Positions 40,793 through 51,609 of a DNA stretch of 64,000 nt are shown piece after piece. The DNA lies in NCBI GenBank assembly GCA_965218795.1, contig OZ244653.1, forward strand, positions 4,640,001 through 4,704,000, given 5' to 3'. The notes under the pieces were generated by a model. That model was not told the DNA's origin and did no database searches. It saw only the letters and a program-made list of their open reading frames with translations. Each line of letters opens with the position of its first letter. The first letter of the stretch is position 1. Source of the stretch: a bacterium. GTDB taxonomy: Bacteria > UBA8248 > JACPRG01 > G963555815. The position numbers and the translations under genes are program-made.

Positions 40793-41840
40793 TTATCGGG
40801 CCCCTGCGCCGCCCCGTGAGAAGGCCAGCGCCGCCCTGAGTTCGGCCGAGAGCGCGCCCGCGAGCTCGGTCTCGATCAGCCTGAGCTTCTCCACCACGGC
40901 GAGGGCGGTGTTGAACCGCTCCAGCCCCTCATGACGGTGTCTGGCGAGGGCGGTCCGGTTCCGGCGCAGCCCCTCGCGCCAGCGCTCCAGCTGGTCGTGG
41001 TCGGCGATGTCGAGGGTGCCGGCGCGTTCCTCGATTGTCCTGTGCAGGTCCGAGATCCAGACCTGGAGCACGTCCAGGGCCACGGCCTCGGCCAGGGCGT
41101 CCACCTCCTGGTCCACCACCGCGCCGCGATAGGCGGCGGCGGTGTTGATGACCCGGTAGACCGGCAGGGTGGTGAGATTGACGAGCCCCAATGCGTCCGC
41201 CGGGGGCGCCGTGTCGGCGCGCACCGCCTCGACCAGCCGGCGGAGCAGGCCGGCGACCCGGTCCCGGAATCCCCGGGCCGCCGGCACGGTGAGCCGTCCG
41301 AGGACGGGGTTGAGGCAGTCCACGGAGGTGTCGCAGCGGTAGACCGGGAGGTCGCCTCCCCCCTCCATCAGGATCTCGGTCACCCGGCGGTCAAGGGCCA
41401 GGGGCTCCAGGATGCGTATCCTGGGGCCGGAATCGTCGCTGTCCGAGACCGGGGCGGTGACGATCGCGGTGCCCGAGATCGACATGGCGAACTCGCCGAG
41501 GTCGCGGTCGGACGCCAGGAAGCCCGACGCCCTCACCGCGCGCCAGGCGTAGTTGACGTTGACCGGGGCCTGGTCCTTGAGCGGTCCCGAGGCGGCGGCC
41601 AGGGTCGAGTGGCGCTTGCCGTCCGCGCCGCAGCCGTGGCGCGCGGCCGCGTAGTCGGAGAAGATCCCCTGTCTCGTGCCGATGGCCGCGCAGATCGCAG
41701 CGCTCGCCCGGTCGTTTTTGGACCAGACCGCCCCGACCAGGGCCTGGGCGGTCTCGCAGGAGTTGAGGTTCTGGCTGTTCACCCACTGGGCCAGGGCCCG
41801 GAGCTTGGACAGGGTCTCGGCGATCACGGGCGAGATGGTC
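40793..41840 (-). pseudogene. traH: TraH, 5' part deleted
   Basis: NSQNLNSCETAQALV, MSISGT, VYRCD, LPVYRVI; begins at a junction with traF. Confidence 0.85.
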
Positions 41841-42439
41841 CTCGGCGACCACGCCGAAGGAGACCGGCAGCGTCCGTCGGGTTCGCGTGTCGTAGAGGAC
41901 CACGGCGGGGAAGACTGGGGCCTTGAGGCCGAGCCGCTCGGCCCGGCCCTGGTCGGGGACCGCCTCGGGCCATCCCTCGAGGGGCTCGCCCGTCATCGAG
42001 ACCGCGAGCACGTCGAGTCCGTGACGGAGCGCGAAGGCGCGCAGAAGCGGACCGAACACCCGGCATCCCGGGCATTGCGCATGGCCGAGATAGATGAGGC
42101 CGTAACGCTCCCCGAGCCGGGCCAGGACGGCGTCGCGCTCGGCCCGGCGCTGCTCCGACCAGACCTGCTTGGCGAGCGCGCCCACCGGACGCTTCAGGGT
42201 GTAATCGAGATCGGGGCTCGCCCAGACCGTGCGGCGGAAGGCGTCCGAGAAGGAGGCGGCCCTTTGCAGGGCCTCCTGCTGGAGGCGCAGGTAGGCCGTG
42301 ACGTTCCCCTCGCTCGGGTCCAGGATGGCCCGGGCCCGGGCTTCCTCCAAGTCCCGGCGTATCTTCAAGACGCGTGCCATCGCGGTCCCGGGCGGCGAGG
42401 ACCCGGCAGGAGGCAGGCGAGGGCGTACGGGATGGTCAT
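41836..42439 (-). pseudogene. traF: TraF thioredoxin-like protein, deleted at both ends
   Basis: AILDPSEGNVTAYL, PDLDYTL-RP, CPGC, VFPAV, GVVAED; start MTIPY is out of frame with the body. Confidence 0.85.
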
Positions 42440-42450
42440 GGCCGCCTCCT

Positions 42451-43527
42451 TCACTTGCTCTTGGTGTAGAAGTCATGGATGCGCTCGCGCATCGCCGCGC
42501 CGGTTCGGCCGGCTTCCGGAAGCTCGATAGAGGGCTCATGCGACCCGTCGATCAGGTTCTCGGCGAACTCGGAGAGGTCCACGGCCTCGAAGTCGATGCG
42601 CTCCATCTCGTCGACCGTGAAGCCGCGGCAGCTGCCCCAGCCGATCCCGAGCTGGCCGCGCGTCGCTTCCTGCAGGATGCGCCCGAGCTTCGAGCCGAAC
42701 ACGCACCAGGAACGTTTCCAGCGGATGCACACGCCGAAGATCCGCTTCGCGCATCCACGGCCCAGGTAATGCGTGTTCCCGGCGTGGCGCTCCTCGGCCA
42801 GGAGGCGTTCCTCCCTGGTGCAGCCGGCCACGCCCACGAGCGCGCCCGAGTTCCTGCAGCAATCGGCGAGCCCGCCCCACTGGATCCGGCAGGACCGGCG
42901 ATCGCCTTGGAAGAACCGGAGGTTTTGGCGGTCGAATTCCTCGCCGCCCAGCTCGATGGCCATGTTGAGCCGGGCCGCCGAATCGACGAACCCGGTGTTT
43001 GCCCGGGACGGCGCGGTCCCGCAGTCGGCCCCCACGCACCAGGAGACCGAGCCGCAATGGCCGCCGGCCTCGGCGCGCTCGAGTCCCGCCTCGCAGTCCG
43101 TCACCGATCCGGAGGCGATCCCGTCCGCGCCCCAGAGAGGGGAATCGGCGTCGCCTTCGATCCCGTCCCCGCGCTGCGCGATCGGATCGTCCGCCTTGAC
43201 CGGCGCGTCCGGACGCGCGGCCGCGCCCTCGATCACGGAGCGTCCGGCTTGGCCTCCGGGATCGACTGGATCGGCCAGCACCTGGTTCGCGGCGTCCTCC
43301 AGATCGCCGGCGCCCAGGCCTCTCTCGGGCAGGTTCGTTCCAGCGTAGCCCGGCACATGAGCGGTTGAATCCGCATCCTTCGCGATGGCCCCTGCCGCGG
43401 CCTGTCCCGCTTGGCCGATCGCGCGGGCCGCCGCTGCCGGGTCTTCGGCCTTGGCGTTGCCGGTGGTCAGGTACGCCAGGACCGGTAGAGCCAAGACGAA
43501 GGCTTTCATTCCGTTTTTTCGGCTCAT
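42451..43527 (-). CDS. traN: TraN (short, 358 aa)
   Basis: Cys-rich C-terminus DCC...CTREE...HYLG...WCVFGSKLGRILQE...CRGFT...IDF; short length may reflect deletion. Confidence 0.85.
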   Translation of the reverse strand: MSRKNGMKAFVLALPVLAYLTTGNAKAEDPAAAARAIGQAGQAAAGAIAKDADSTAHVPGYAGTNLPERGLGAGDLEDAANQVLADPVDPGGQAGRSVIEGAAARPDAPVKADDPIAQRGDGIEGDADSPLWGADGIASGSVTDCEAGLERAEAGGHCGSVSWCVGADCGTAPSRANTGFVDSAARLNMAIELGGEEFDRQNLRFFQGDRRSCRIQWGGLADCCRNSGALVGVAGCTREERLLAEERHAGNTHYLGRGCAKRIFGVCIRWKRSWCVFGSKLGRILQEATRGQLGIGWGSCRGFTVDEMERIDFEAVDLSEFAENLIDGSHEPSIELPEAGRTGAAMRERIHDFYTKSK

Positions 43528-44237
43528 GGCCGGTCTCCTCTCAGGCTTGCGAGATGGCGGCGCGCCGCCGCTCGGCCCGGTCCGCCCTCGCCGGCGATGG
43601 CCTCGAGGGCCGCTTCCAGGCCGATGTTCCCCGCAATGCGGTCGTGGGGCGGCGCAGGATCCGTTGCGCAACCCCGGCTCTTGCAAGGCGGGGCCCCGCC
43701 AGGGACCACGGCCACGGCCGGGATCACCGTGATGCCGAAGAGCCGGAACAGACGCGGATCGATCGTGGCGTCGGACTTTCGGTCCAGGTACGGGCCGATG
43801 CGCTTCACCGTGGCTCGCAACCCGTCCGGGCCGATCCCGCGCAGCACCAGCGGCGCGCCGACCCGCGCGGCCTCGCGGCTCCACTGCCGCCAGCTCGCCG
43901 CGGGCGCCGAGAGGCTCATGAACACGATGACCTCGGGGCCATGGGGACGCGCGGATAGGCCGCGGGCAACGCGGCCGGCATGGCGCTCGGCCGGGAGCGG
44001 GCCGGAGGCCCCGGGGACGTTTTTCCCCGCGCGTTCCAGCGCGCGCTCGATCACCGAGCGCGACCAGGCGTCCAAGTCGTTCCCGCGGGCTTTCCTTGTC
44101 TTCTCCAGGACCCGTTCTGCCATATCGCGCGCCATGTCCCCGGCTGTTTCCTGGGCCCGGGCCGGGCCGCACCAGGCCGCCAGCGCGAGCGCGGAGGCGA
44201 GAGCCGGGATGGTCTTGCGAATCGGGTTATCGTTCAT
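43524..44237 (-). CDS. trbC: TrbC F-type pilus assembly protein
   Basis: IVFMSLS-P, LVLRG, IDPRLFRLFGITVIPA, DRIAGNI. Confidence 0.9.
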   Translation of the reverse strand: MNDNPIRKTIPALASALALAAWCGPARAQETAGDMARDMAERVLEKTRKARGNDLDAWSRSVIERALERAGKNVPGASGPLPAERHAGRVARGLSARPHGPEVIVFMSLSAPAASWRQWSREAARVGAPLVLRGIGPDGLRATVKRIGPYLDRKSDATIDPRLFRLFGITVIPAVAVVPGGAPPCKSRGCATDPAPPHDRIAGNIGLEAALEAIAGEGGPGRAAARRHLASLRGDRP

Positions 44238-44247
44238 GTCAGCCTCC

Positions 44248-45249
44248 TCAGAGCAGACAGCAGTTGCGCTTGCGCCAGAGCAGGTAGCCGAAGCTCTCGC
44301 CCGCCACGGGCAGCTCGCGCAGCGCTTCCCAGATCACCGAGGATCGGCCCGTGGGGTTGCAGCCCGTGAGGGGCGAGGTGGCCGGGACCGGCTGGGTCAT
44401 CTGCCAGCGGTACTGGGACTTCTTCATGATCGGCATGGGGTAGCGCCCGCAGAGCGCCGCCGTCCCCGAGGTCCCCCAGGCGAGCAGTAGCCGGTGAAGA
44501 CGGAACACGAGCCGCCCGGCCGCGAGGAGCGAGGCCTGGACCCCGCCCACGTGGGCGGCCACGTTGCCGGTCAAGGGATACATTCCCCCCTGGCAGCCCG
44601 CGCACCAGAACAGCGGATCCAGCGGCAGGCCCGCCGAGGCGGCGGCGCAATCGGCCGCGCAGGCCGCCTGGGCCGGCAGGTCCGCGAACAGCGCGGCTTC
44701 CGGGTTCAACAGGAAGGACAGCTCGTCGTCGAGCCAGGCGGGGTCGAGCTCGGAGACCCAGGCGATGTCGAGCCCCCCGCTTTCGAGGCAGCCGATGTCG
44801 AGCAGGGCCCCGATCCAGGAGAGAAGGGGATAGGCGTAGTCATGGACGTGCCACACGGAGCCCGAGGCGCCGTCGCCACCCGAGGATCCGGTGCGTCCGC
44901 GCCCTGCTGGCAGGCCCGGGTCTATGGTCATGCCCCCGAGGTTGGGGAAGCACCAGGGCGCGCGGCTGACGTCGATCAGCCGCGCCGGCTCCCACAAGCC
45001 CAGGGAGAGCCCGATCCGGGGGATCGGCTTGCCGCAGAGGCAGATCGGCGATCCCGGATTGGGCGTGTCCGGCGCGCCCGCAGCGCCGCCCATGCGGATC
45101 GGCCCGATCGAGATCGGCAAAAGGCACTCCCAGCACACGTCCGTGACGGGGTTCACGAAACGCCCGGTGCAGGACTGGGCGGATGCGGTCCCCGTGGACA
45201 GGACTCCGGCGAGGACCAGCGCCGCGCAGACGGTCTCCAGGGATCTCAT
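44248..45249 (-). CDS. traU: TraU
   Basis: GRFVNPVTDVCWECLLPISIG, WEPARL, SELDPAW, WCAGCQG, KSQYR, WRKRNCC. Confidence 0.95.
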   Translation of the reverse strand: MRSLETVCAALVLAGVLSTGTASAQSCTGRFVNPVTDVCWECLLPISIGPIRMGGAAGAPDTPNPGSPICLCGKPIPRIGLSLGLWEPARLIDVSRAPWCFPNLGGMTIDPGLPAGRGRTGSSGGDGASGSVWHVHDYAYPLLSWIGALLDIGCLESGGLDIAWVSELDPAWLDDELSFLLNPEAALFADLPAQAACAADCAAASAGLPLDPLFWCAGCQGGMYPLTGNVAAHVGGVQASLLAAGRLVFRLHRLLLAWGTSGTAALCGRYPMPIMKKSQYRWQMTQPVPATSPLTGCNPTGRSSVIWEALRELPVAGESFGYLLWRKRNCCLL

Positions 45250-45899
45250 GGATGGTCTCCGGCGGTCGCGGGATTGGCTTCGTCCCTGAGCGGCACTTCC
45301 GTGATCCGGAGCATGGATCCCACGACCTCGACCAGGGACGGGGTGGCGCGGAGCCCGAACCGTTTCGAGAGCCGGCCGTTCTGATCGAAGAAAAAGGGCC
45401 GTCCGTGGGCGCGCATCAGGTCCAGCGGCCGGCCCGCCAGGAGCACGATCCGCGCGGGCCGTTCGTGGCCGAGGGCCCAGGCCACCTCAACCGGCCGCGC
45501 GCCGTCGATGAACAGCAGGTCCCGGGTCAGCGGGTACACCTCGAGGGGGTTGATCCGAGCGCCCCGGGCCGCAATCAGGGTTCCGTCGTGCGCGAGGATG
45601 TCTTGCTCGACCGTGATGGAAGGATCGTGCAGCCGGGTGCGAGGGACGCGCGCGGGCCCGATGCCCTCGACGCGTCCGGGCGCCTCGATGCGCTCCCGGG
45701 CCCGGTCCAGGGCCTCGCGGCCCATGCGGGCCAGCTCGCCGGAGGCCTCCAGCGCTCCAAGCCGGGCCTCGATCCGGGCGAGCAGGTCGGGCTCGGCGAT
45801 CGGCCACACCGCGCCGCGCACGCCGAGGTCCTTTGCAGGAGCGGGCCGCGCCACAAGCATCAGCGCGCAGCCAAACGCGACCAGTAGGAAGCGGGTCAT
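45246..45899 (-). CDS. traW: TraW
   Basis: DLGVRG-VWPIAEPD, HDPSITV, INPL, FFDQNG-LSKRFG. Confidence 0.93.
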   Translation of the reverse strand: MTRFLLVAFGCALMLVARPAPAKDLGVRGAVWPIAEPDLLARIEARLGALEASGELARMGREALDRARERIEAPGRVEGIGPARVPRTRLHDPSITVEQDILAHDGTLIAARGARINPLEVYPLTRDLLFIDGARPVEVAWALGHERPARIVLLAGRPLDLMRAHGRPFFFDQNGRLSKRFGLRATPSLVEVVGSMLRITEVPLRDEANPATAGDHP

Positions 45900-46429
45900 G
45901 GCCGTGCCTCCTTAGGTCTTGCGAGCGGTCCCTTGAGCCCGAGCCAGGGAATGTCGGGCAGCGCCCAGGCCCGGCCCCGGATGCGTTCCCGCGGGACCAG
46001 CCCGATTTCCCGATAGCGGCTGTCGTGGCTGTCTATGTGATCGGCGTGGACGTAGTAGCGGCCCGGCGGGATCACGCCCGGTTGGGCCGCGTCCAGGACT
46101 CGGCCGTCCATTGCGTGGGTCTTGGCGATCCCGAGGACCGCGCCGTTCACCGAGACCCGGCACTCCCTGTCCACCTCCACCCGGTCTCCGGGCAAGCCGC
46201 GCACGGTCTTGAGGTAGGGGACCGTCGAGCCCACCGCCTCGGGCGGATCGAACAGGACCGCGTCGCCCCGTTCTGGCGCGCCGAGGAGGGGCAGCACGAG
46301 ATACCCCCAGGCCCCGTCGGACCAGCTGGCATTCACGTAGACGCGAGAGGCCGCAACGAGCCAAAGTGTGGCCAGCATGGCCGCCCAGAGCAGGAACTTG
46401 CGCCCCAATGCGTTCGCGTCCTTCCTCAT
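45896..46429 (-). CDS. Conjugative S26 signal peptidase (TrhF-like)
   Basis: NASWS, YLKTVRGLPGD, DSHDSRY; start MRKDAN overlaps the trbI stop. Confidence 0.88.
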   Translation of the reverse strand: MRKDANALGRKFLLWAAMLATLWLVAASRVYVNASWSDGAWGYLVLPLLGAPERGDAVLFDPPEAVGSTVPYLKTVRGLPGDRVEVDRECRVSVNGAVLGIAKTHAMDGRVLDAAQPGVIPPGRYYVHADHIDSHDSRYREIGLVPRERIRGRAWALPDIPWLGLKGPLARPKEARP

Positions 46430-46806
46430 GGTTCTTCCTCCGGATTCGTTGTCGGAAGGGTTCGCGGCGGGGCCGCCTGGATCGCCGCCTTTATCTCGGC
46501 GGTGAGGTCCGGCGCGCCGGCCGCGACCGCCCTTGCCGGCAGCAGCACCGCGCGGTGGCGCGCCGCCGTCCGGACGAGCGCGGCTTCCAGCCGATACGCC
46601 CAGCCGCGTACGGCTTTCACGGCCTCCTCTTGGTCGCCGTGCACCCGGGCGGCCTTTGCCATGTAGTCCGCCGTGAGCTCGGCCAGCCGCACGCTCGCGA
46701 TGCGCGGGACCCTCTCCAGGGCCATGCGCGCCGTGACGGCCGCGACCGCCGCGGCCACGCCCGCGGACAGCAGAAGCGCGGCGGTCAACGTTGTGGGCCC
46801 GCTCAT
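46426..46806 (-). CDS. trbI: TrbI
   Basis: TM anchor, VLLPARAVAAGAPDLT; position between traC and trhF. Confidence 0.8.
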   Translation of the reverse strand: MSGPTTLTAALLLSAGVAAAVAAVTARMALERVPRIASVRLAELTADYMAKAARVHGDQEEAVKAVRGWAYRLEAALVRTAARHRAVLLPARAVAAGAPDLTAEIKAAIQAAPPRTLPTTNPEEEP

Positions 46807-47555
46807 GACCCAGTCCGTTCCGGCGCCGTCTCTTCGTGCGTGACATGCGATTCCTCCGGTGGGGCTTGGTTGTTCTTTTTGGAGGACTCCTCCGGGATGG
46901 GTGCGATGGCGTCCCGTCCCGCACCCTTCGACCCCTTCAGGGCCCGCAAGCGTTCCAGCCAGAGCCTGGCCGCCCGGCCGGGCTCCACGGTTCGGATGCG
47001 GCGCTTGAGGGGCGGGAAGGCGACCGCGGAAGCCGCTCCGTCCCGCGCTCCCGGCAGGTCCCGGTCCTCCGCGGCCTCGGCCATGCGGGCCACGAAACGC
47101 AGCAGTTCCGCCTGCTCATGGGAGGGTTCCGCATCGAGCCCGGCCGACTCGCGCACGGCCCGGTCGACGATCCCGTTGAGCCGCTTCAGCCGCTCCGCCC
47201 CGCGCTGGGAGGAGGCGGCCTCGGGCCCCAGCCACGCAACGCTCGCGTCAACGAGAAGCGCATGGAGCGCCGCCTCCCGGCGGTCCCCGGATCCTTCAAA
47301 GGCCTCGATCTCCTCGCTCATCAGCACCCCGTGGGCCGCCAGCGAGTGGAACCGCCCGAGCCGGCCGCCCAGGCGGCAGGTGTTGGCCAGCACGTGAGCC
47401 AGGGCCTCGAAGTCCACGGCGTCTGGCGTCAGCCCCTCGGGATCCCCCGGCCAGGCAAGGGGCCGGTCCCCGGGTCCGGGCTCCTCCGCCCGGGCCGCGG
47501 TCCGTTTGGGGGATGTGGCGCTCAATGGGGCCCGCCTGTTCCTGTCCTTGCTCAT
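46803..47555 (-). CDS. YfbR-like HD-fold protein with degenerate HD motif
   Basis: ALAHVLANTCRLGG...HSLAAH...HALLVDA (usually LLHDA)...EDRDL. Confidence 0.7.
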   Translation of the reverse strand: MSKDRNRRAPLSATSPKRTAARAEEPGPGDRPLAWPGDPEGLTPDAVDFEALAHVLANTCRLGGRLGRFHSLAAHGVLMSEEIEAFEGSGDRREAALHALLVDASVAWLGPEAASSQRGAERLKRLNGIVDRAVRESAGLDAEPSHEQAELLRFVARMAEAAEDRDLPGARDGAASAVAFPPLKRRIRTVEPGRAARLWLERLRALKGSKGAGRDAIAPIPEESSKKNNQAPPEESHVTHEETAPERTGS

Positions 47556-47592
47556 GTGTGTCTCCTTCTCGTTCTTGAGGTATGAAGAACCG

Positions 47593-49872
47593 TCACGGCG
47601 CATCGTTCCCGGGGCCCGCTGCCTCCCCGGGCAGGCCGCTCTCCGCGATGCGGTCGATAGCCTGCTCGGTGGTGAGGCCTTCGTCCTTCAGTTTTTCGAC
47701 CGCGGCGAAGGCGGGTCCGCGCGAGGAGTAGAGGGCTACCGACCATGGGTCCAGGGCGAGGCGCGCCACGCGCCAGCCGTCCGGGCCGTGCAGCACCAGC
47801 TCGGCATGGCGCCCGTCCACGGTGGCCAGGCTCTTGAGGGCCCGCTCCATGCCCGGATCGCAGTGGATGCGCTTTTCCTGCTTGAGGAGCTCGACCGACT
47901 CGTCCTTCTGGGCCAGGAAGATCGTCCAGTCCGCGTTGTCCCAGGCGGCCCGGGCCGCGGGGTTGGCGTAGTAGTCGTTGACGCTCTGGGTGCCGGTGAC
48001 CAGCGCGCCCCGGTACTTGCGCGCCCGCCTGGCCGCGCCCTCGAGGAAGGCCCGGCTGTCCTCGCCCGACAGAAGGTCCCAGGCCTCGTCGATGACGATG
48101 GCCTTCGGTCGCGTGCGGGGGCCGTGATACATGCGCTGGGTGGCGAGGAAGACCACCAGCATGAGCACCACGCCCTGGACGTCGCCCCGGCCCTTGAGCT
48201 CGGCGAGCTCGAACACGGTGAGCGCGGCGTCCAGGGCCGGGGTCTCCGATCCCTCGAAGAGCCGCCCGAGGGCGCCGCCCGCGGCCGCCACGGTCCGAGG
48301 GCGAGAGCCATGTCCGATGCCCGCCGGTCGCCCGCTTCCTCCAGCCGGCGCTGCACGGTCCCGAGATCGGCGCCGTTGCCGGCCTCCTCCCAGGCGCGGG
48401 CGATGGCCTCGTCGATCAGCGCCGCCTCGATGTCGTCGATGCGCCCGCGCCTTCGGCACATCCGCCCGATCACGGCGGCCAGCATGGAAAAGCATTCCTC
48501 GCGGTAGTCCCCGTCCCGGGCCGCCACGTCCGCGTCGATCATGGCGAAGGGGTTGAGTCTCGCCGGGTCCTTGCCGAAGGCGATGAAGGCGCCGCCGAGG
48601 GCTTCGGCCGTGTGCTGGAAGGAACGCCCGTCATCGATCACCACGGCCTCGCCGCCCGAGCCCGCGATCCCCGAGACCAGCTCCTGCATCAGGACCGACT
48701 TGCCCGACCCGGACTTGCCGGTCACGGCCACGTTGTAGTTGCCGGCCTCGTTGGCGAAGGGGGACCAGCACGCGGGCTGGCCCCGCCTTCCGATCAGGAG
48801 CAGCGCCGGCGGCGCGTCCGGCGACGCCCCCTGGCCGCGCCACTCACCGTGCACCGGTGCGAGATTGACGGCCGAGGAGGTGAGCAGGGTCTTCATCCGG
48901 CCCATGCGGGCGAGATCGGCGTCGAGCCCGCCGGCCGGGACCATGGGCAAACAGGCGAGCCAGGCCGGCAGGTGGGCGTAACGCTCGGCGCCCAGGCGCC
49001 AGCCCTGGCCGTGATAGATGGCGCGCACCGCCTGCTCGGCCTCGTCGATGGCGTCCAGGGGCGCGTAGACCGCGATCATGTAGCAGGCCTTGACCAGCCG
49101 CTCGCCGTCCTTGAGCCGCTCGGTGACGAAGCGCCAGTCCTGGGCCTTCTCGGGCAGGCCCGGCAGGTAGCGCGCGATCCCCGTGCCCGCCTGCTGCGTG
49201 GCCCGGGCCGAGAGCACGCGCACCGCCACGTCCGTCCCGTCCGGGTGGTGGAAGACCAGGCCCGTGGGCGCGACGGTCAGGGCCCGGCCCGGGGCCGCGC
49301 ACTGAAGATGAATGGGGTCCCTGGGCGACCAGCGCCTCCGCCCCGGCCGAGGCGAGGGTGCCTTCCAAGGCCCGTCGGAACCCCCCGAGGGCGGTCTCGG
49401 CCGCCGGTCCGGCCGGGCCCGCCATACAGGCCGCCAGGAACACCCGGCAGTCGTTCAGCGTAAACGGCGGTCCGCCCGCATGAAGCGGGCGCCATCCGGC
49501 ATGGGCGAACAGGGTCCCGCGCCGTTTTGCCATCCCCGCCTGCACGCCGCCCGTCAGGCGCCGGGATTCGGCCCAGCTCTCGATCGCCGCCCCGTAGCGT
49601 GGGCTCGTCCAATGGATGATCTGCACCACCGCGCGCTCGGGCGCGGCGTCGGCGAGGGTGCCGGCCAGTGCGCCCAGCGTCTCCTCGTCGATCCCCACGA
49701 AGGGCGGCAGCTCCAGCAGGAAGCCGCAGCTCGCGGCGTTGATAAAGAGCTCGCTCCCCTCGTCCCAGGCCCGCCAGGGCAGGAGGCCGGCGAGGGGCGC
49801 CGGCAGGGCCGGAAGGGTCCAGGGCTGAAGCGCGTCCGGTCCCCTGAGCAGGTCCTTGAGGCGCTGGATCAC
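47593..49872 (-). pseudogene. traC: TraC (VirB4 ATPase), multiply deleted and frameshifted
   Basis: LLPWRAWD, NYNVAVTGKSGSGKS, IDDGRS, IDEAW, RRARKY-GALVTGTQ spread across three frames. Confidence 0.9.
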
Positions 49873-50530
49873 GGCAGCCTCCAGTGCGCCGGCTCCAGCA
49901 CCGTGCGAACCCAGTGGGCCTCGCGGTTGGGAACGCCGACCGCCAAGCGCCTCGCGCCGATGGCTCCAGCACCGTGCGAACCCAGTGGGCCTCGCGGTAG
50001 ACCCCGTCGGCGTCCACGAAGGGCGCGATCCAGATCCGCGCGATGCTCTCCTTCGTACGCAGGCGGTCATTGATCGCATCCTGGGTTCCTTCGCCCGGCG
50101 GAGCCGGCTTTGGTTCGGCGGGGGCCGCGGGGGTGGGATGTCCCGCGTCCGTGGACTCCTCTGTGGCGGTGTCGCGATCCCCTACGGTCCGGAACCACTT
50201 CGCGAGCCAGGCCAGGGGATCGCAGCCTCCGGCGCAGGGGGTGTCGTCACTCGGCTTTGTCGCCGGGGCGCCGGACCCTTGGGCATCGTCGGTCTTTGCC
50301 TGGTAGAGCGGCGTCCGGGTGGCGAGCCCTTGCGCCTTGCCGGGGGCCGCGACCGCCGGATCGGTCTCCGCGACGCTCGTGCAGGCCGCGCCCTGGGCCA
50401 GGGGGCACTGCCAGGAGTCGCCCACGTGGGTCGCCGCGCAGCCGCCCAGGACCAGGGCCGCCGCAAAGATCGCGGGGACCAACGTCCAGCCCTGTCCGGT
50501 TCGTGGATGAATCGTCGATTGCGTTCTCAT
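49869..50530 (-). pseudogene. traV: TraV lipoprotein, disrupted near its 3' end by a 71-bp duplication-plus-insert
   Basis: Lipobox LGGC, WQC...C, RIWIAPFVDADG; native end VLEPAHWRLP* follows the second repeat copy. Confidence 0.88.
49891..49998. repeat. 37-bp exact direct repeat flanking a unique 34-bp spacer
   Basis: GGCTCCAGCACCGTGCGAACCCAGTGGGCCTCGCGGT at 49891-49927 and 49962-49998; spacer TGGGAACGCCGACCGCCAAGCGCCTCGCGCCGAT at 49928-49961. Confidence 0.97.
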
Positions 50531-51609
50531 TTGCCTCCTCTCTTCTTGTCCTTGCGCCCGTCGAGCCAGGCGCCCTCGATGAACACCACGGTCACCCGCG
50601 TGCCCGTCTGGAGCTGGATCACCGGCTGGTACTGCTCGGCCCGGCGGATCAGGTAGTCGGCGACCCTGCGGCCGGCCGAGCCCGCGCCGGCGCCGATCCC
50701 GGCTTGGCCGAGCGCGGCTAGGCTCGATGCGTTCACGGCTCCGTCCGAGCCGGTTGTCCTGGCCGGGGCCTGAAGCAGGTTGGCGGCCGTTTCGCCCACG
50801 CCCGAGATGAGGCCCGCGAGGAACGCCTTCTCGACCAGGGCCCCCTCGCGGCTCACCACCGGACCCCGGATGCCCACCTTGCCGCTCCCGGCCACGAAGC
50901 CCGCGACCTGCGTCTCGGTCACGGTGCCCCGGGAAGGCCCGGCGCCGGTCAGCGTGGATCCCGCCACGTCCGCCTCGAGCGCTTCGCCGCCCTCGGCCGC
51001 GCTCCGGGCGGGGCCGGTCAGCCGCAGCAGCACCGGGCGCGGCTCGCCCTGGGAGGCGACGCCCTTACCCGCCGGATCCGCATCGCCTTCGAACACCTGG
51101 ATCATCGGTACGGCCGGTGCGGCATCCGAGGTCGCGGGGGCTCTCTTGCCGGGAGCGGGGTGGCTTGAACCCGCACGGGTAAAATCATCCGTGCCCGCCG
51201 GACCCGGCGCGGCCGCCCGGGCTTCGAGCCGGCCGCGCAGTTCCTCGATGGCCGCCTCCTGTTGGTCGATCACCGCCCGGCCGTCCTCGGCGCCGCGCGC
51301 GAGGCGCTCTCTGAGCTTGACGTTCTCCTGTTCGGCCCGCCGGCCCCGCGTCTCCATGTCCCGGAGCCGCGTCTCCAGTTCGCCGATCCGCGCCTCCGAG
51401 CGGCGCACCCAGCTCACCTCCGCCGTATCCGGTCCGGCCAGCTTCGCCTCGATCCCGGTCGGCGGCGGCCAGCCTCCGCCTCCGCCCGCCGAGATCCACA
51501 CCGCGAACACGATCAGCACTGCCGCGGCCACGCCCGAGAACAGCAGCACCTGCCGCTGGCGGGTGCGCCGGGCCTCCGGATCCATGGGGGTCTTGTCCGC
51601 GCCGCTCAT
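50527..51609 (-). pseudogene. traB: TraB (VirB10-like) with in-frame deletions
   Basis: PVLLRL, GKVGIRGPVVSREG, ADYLIRRAEQYQPVI; lacks the usual LPAGS and GDLSSE segments. Confidence 0.85.

Noticed and set aside
42451-44172. Long N-terminal extensions in the ORF track for traN, trhF (46924), traK (52976) and traE (53077)
   Set aside because: They overlap upstream genes in other frames; internal ATGs with stop overlaps or RBSs fit better.
47593-49872. Programmed frameshifting in traC
   Set aside because: No slippery sequence, and the frame changes accompany loss of conserved segments, which indicates decay.
49891-49998. Bona fide CRISPR array
   Set aside because: Only two repeats, the repeat is traV coding sequence without a GAAA(C/G) end, and there is no leader or cas gene; reported as a possible ectopic acquisition instead.
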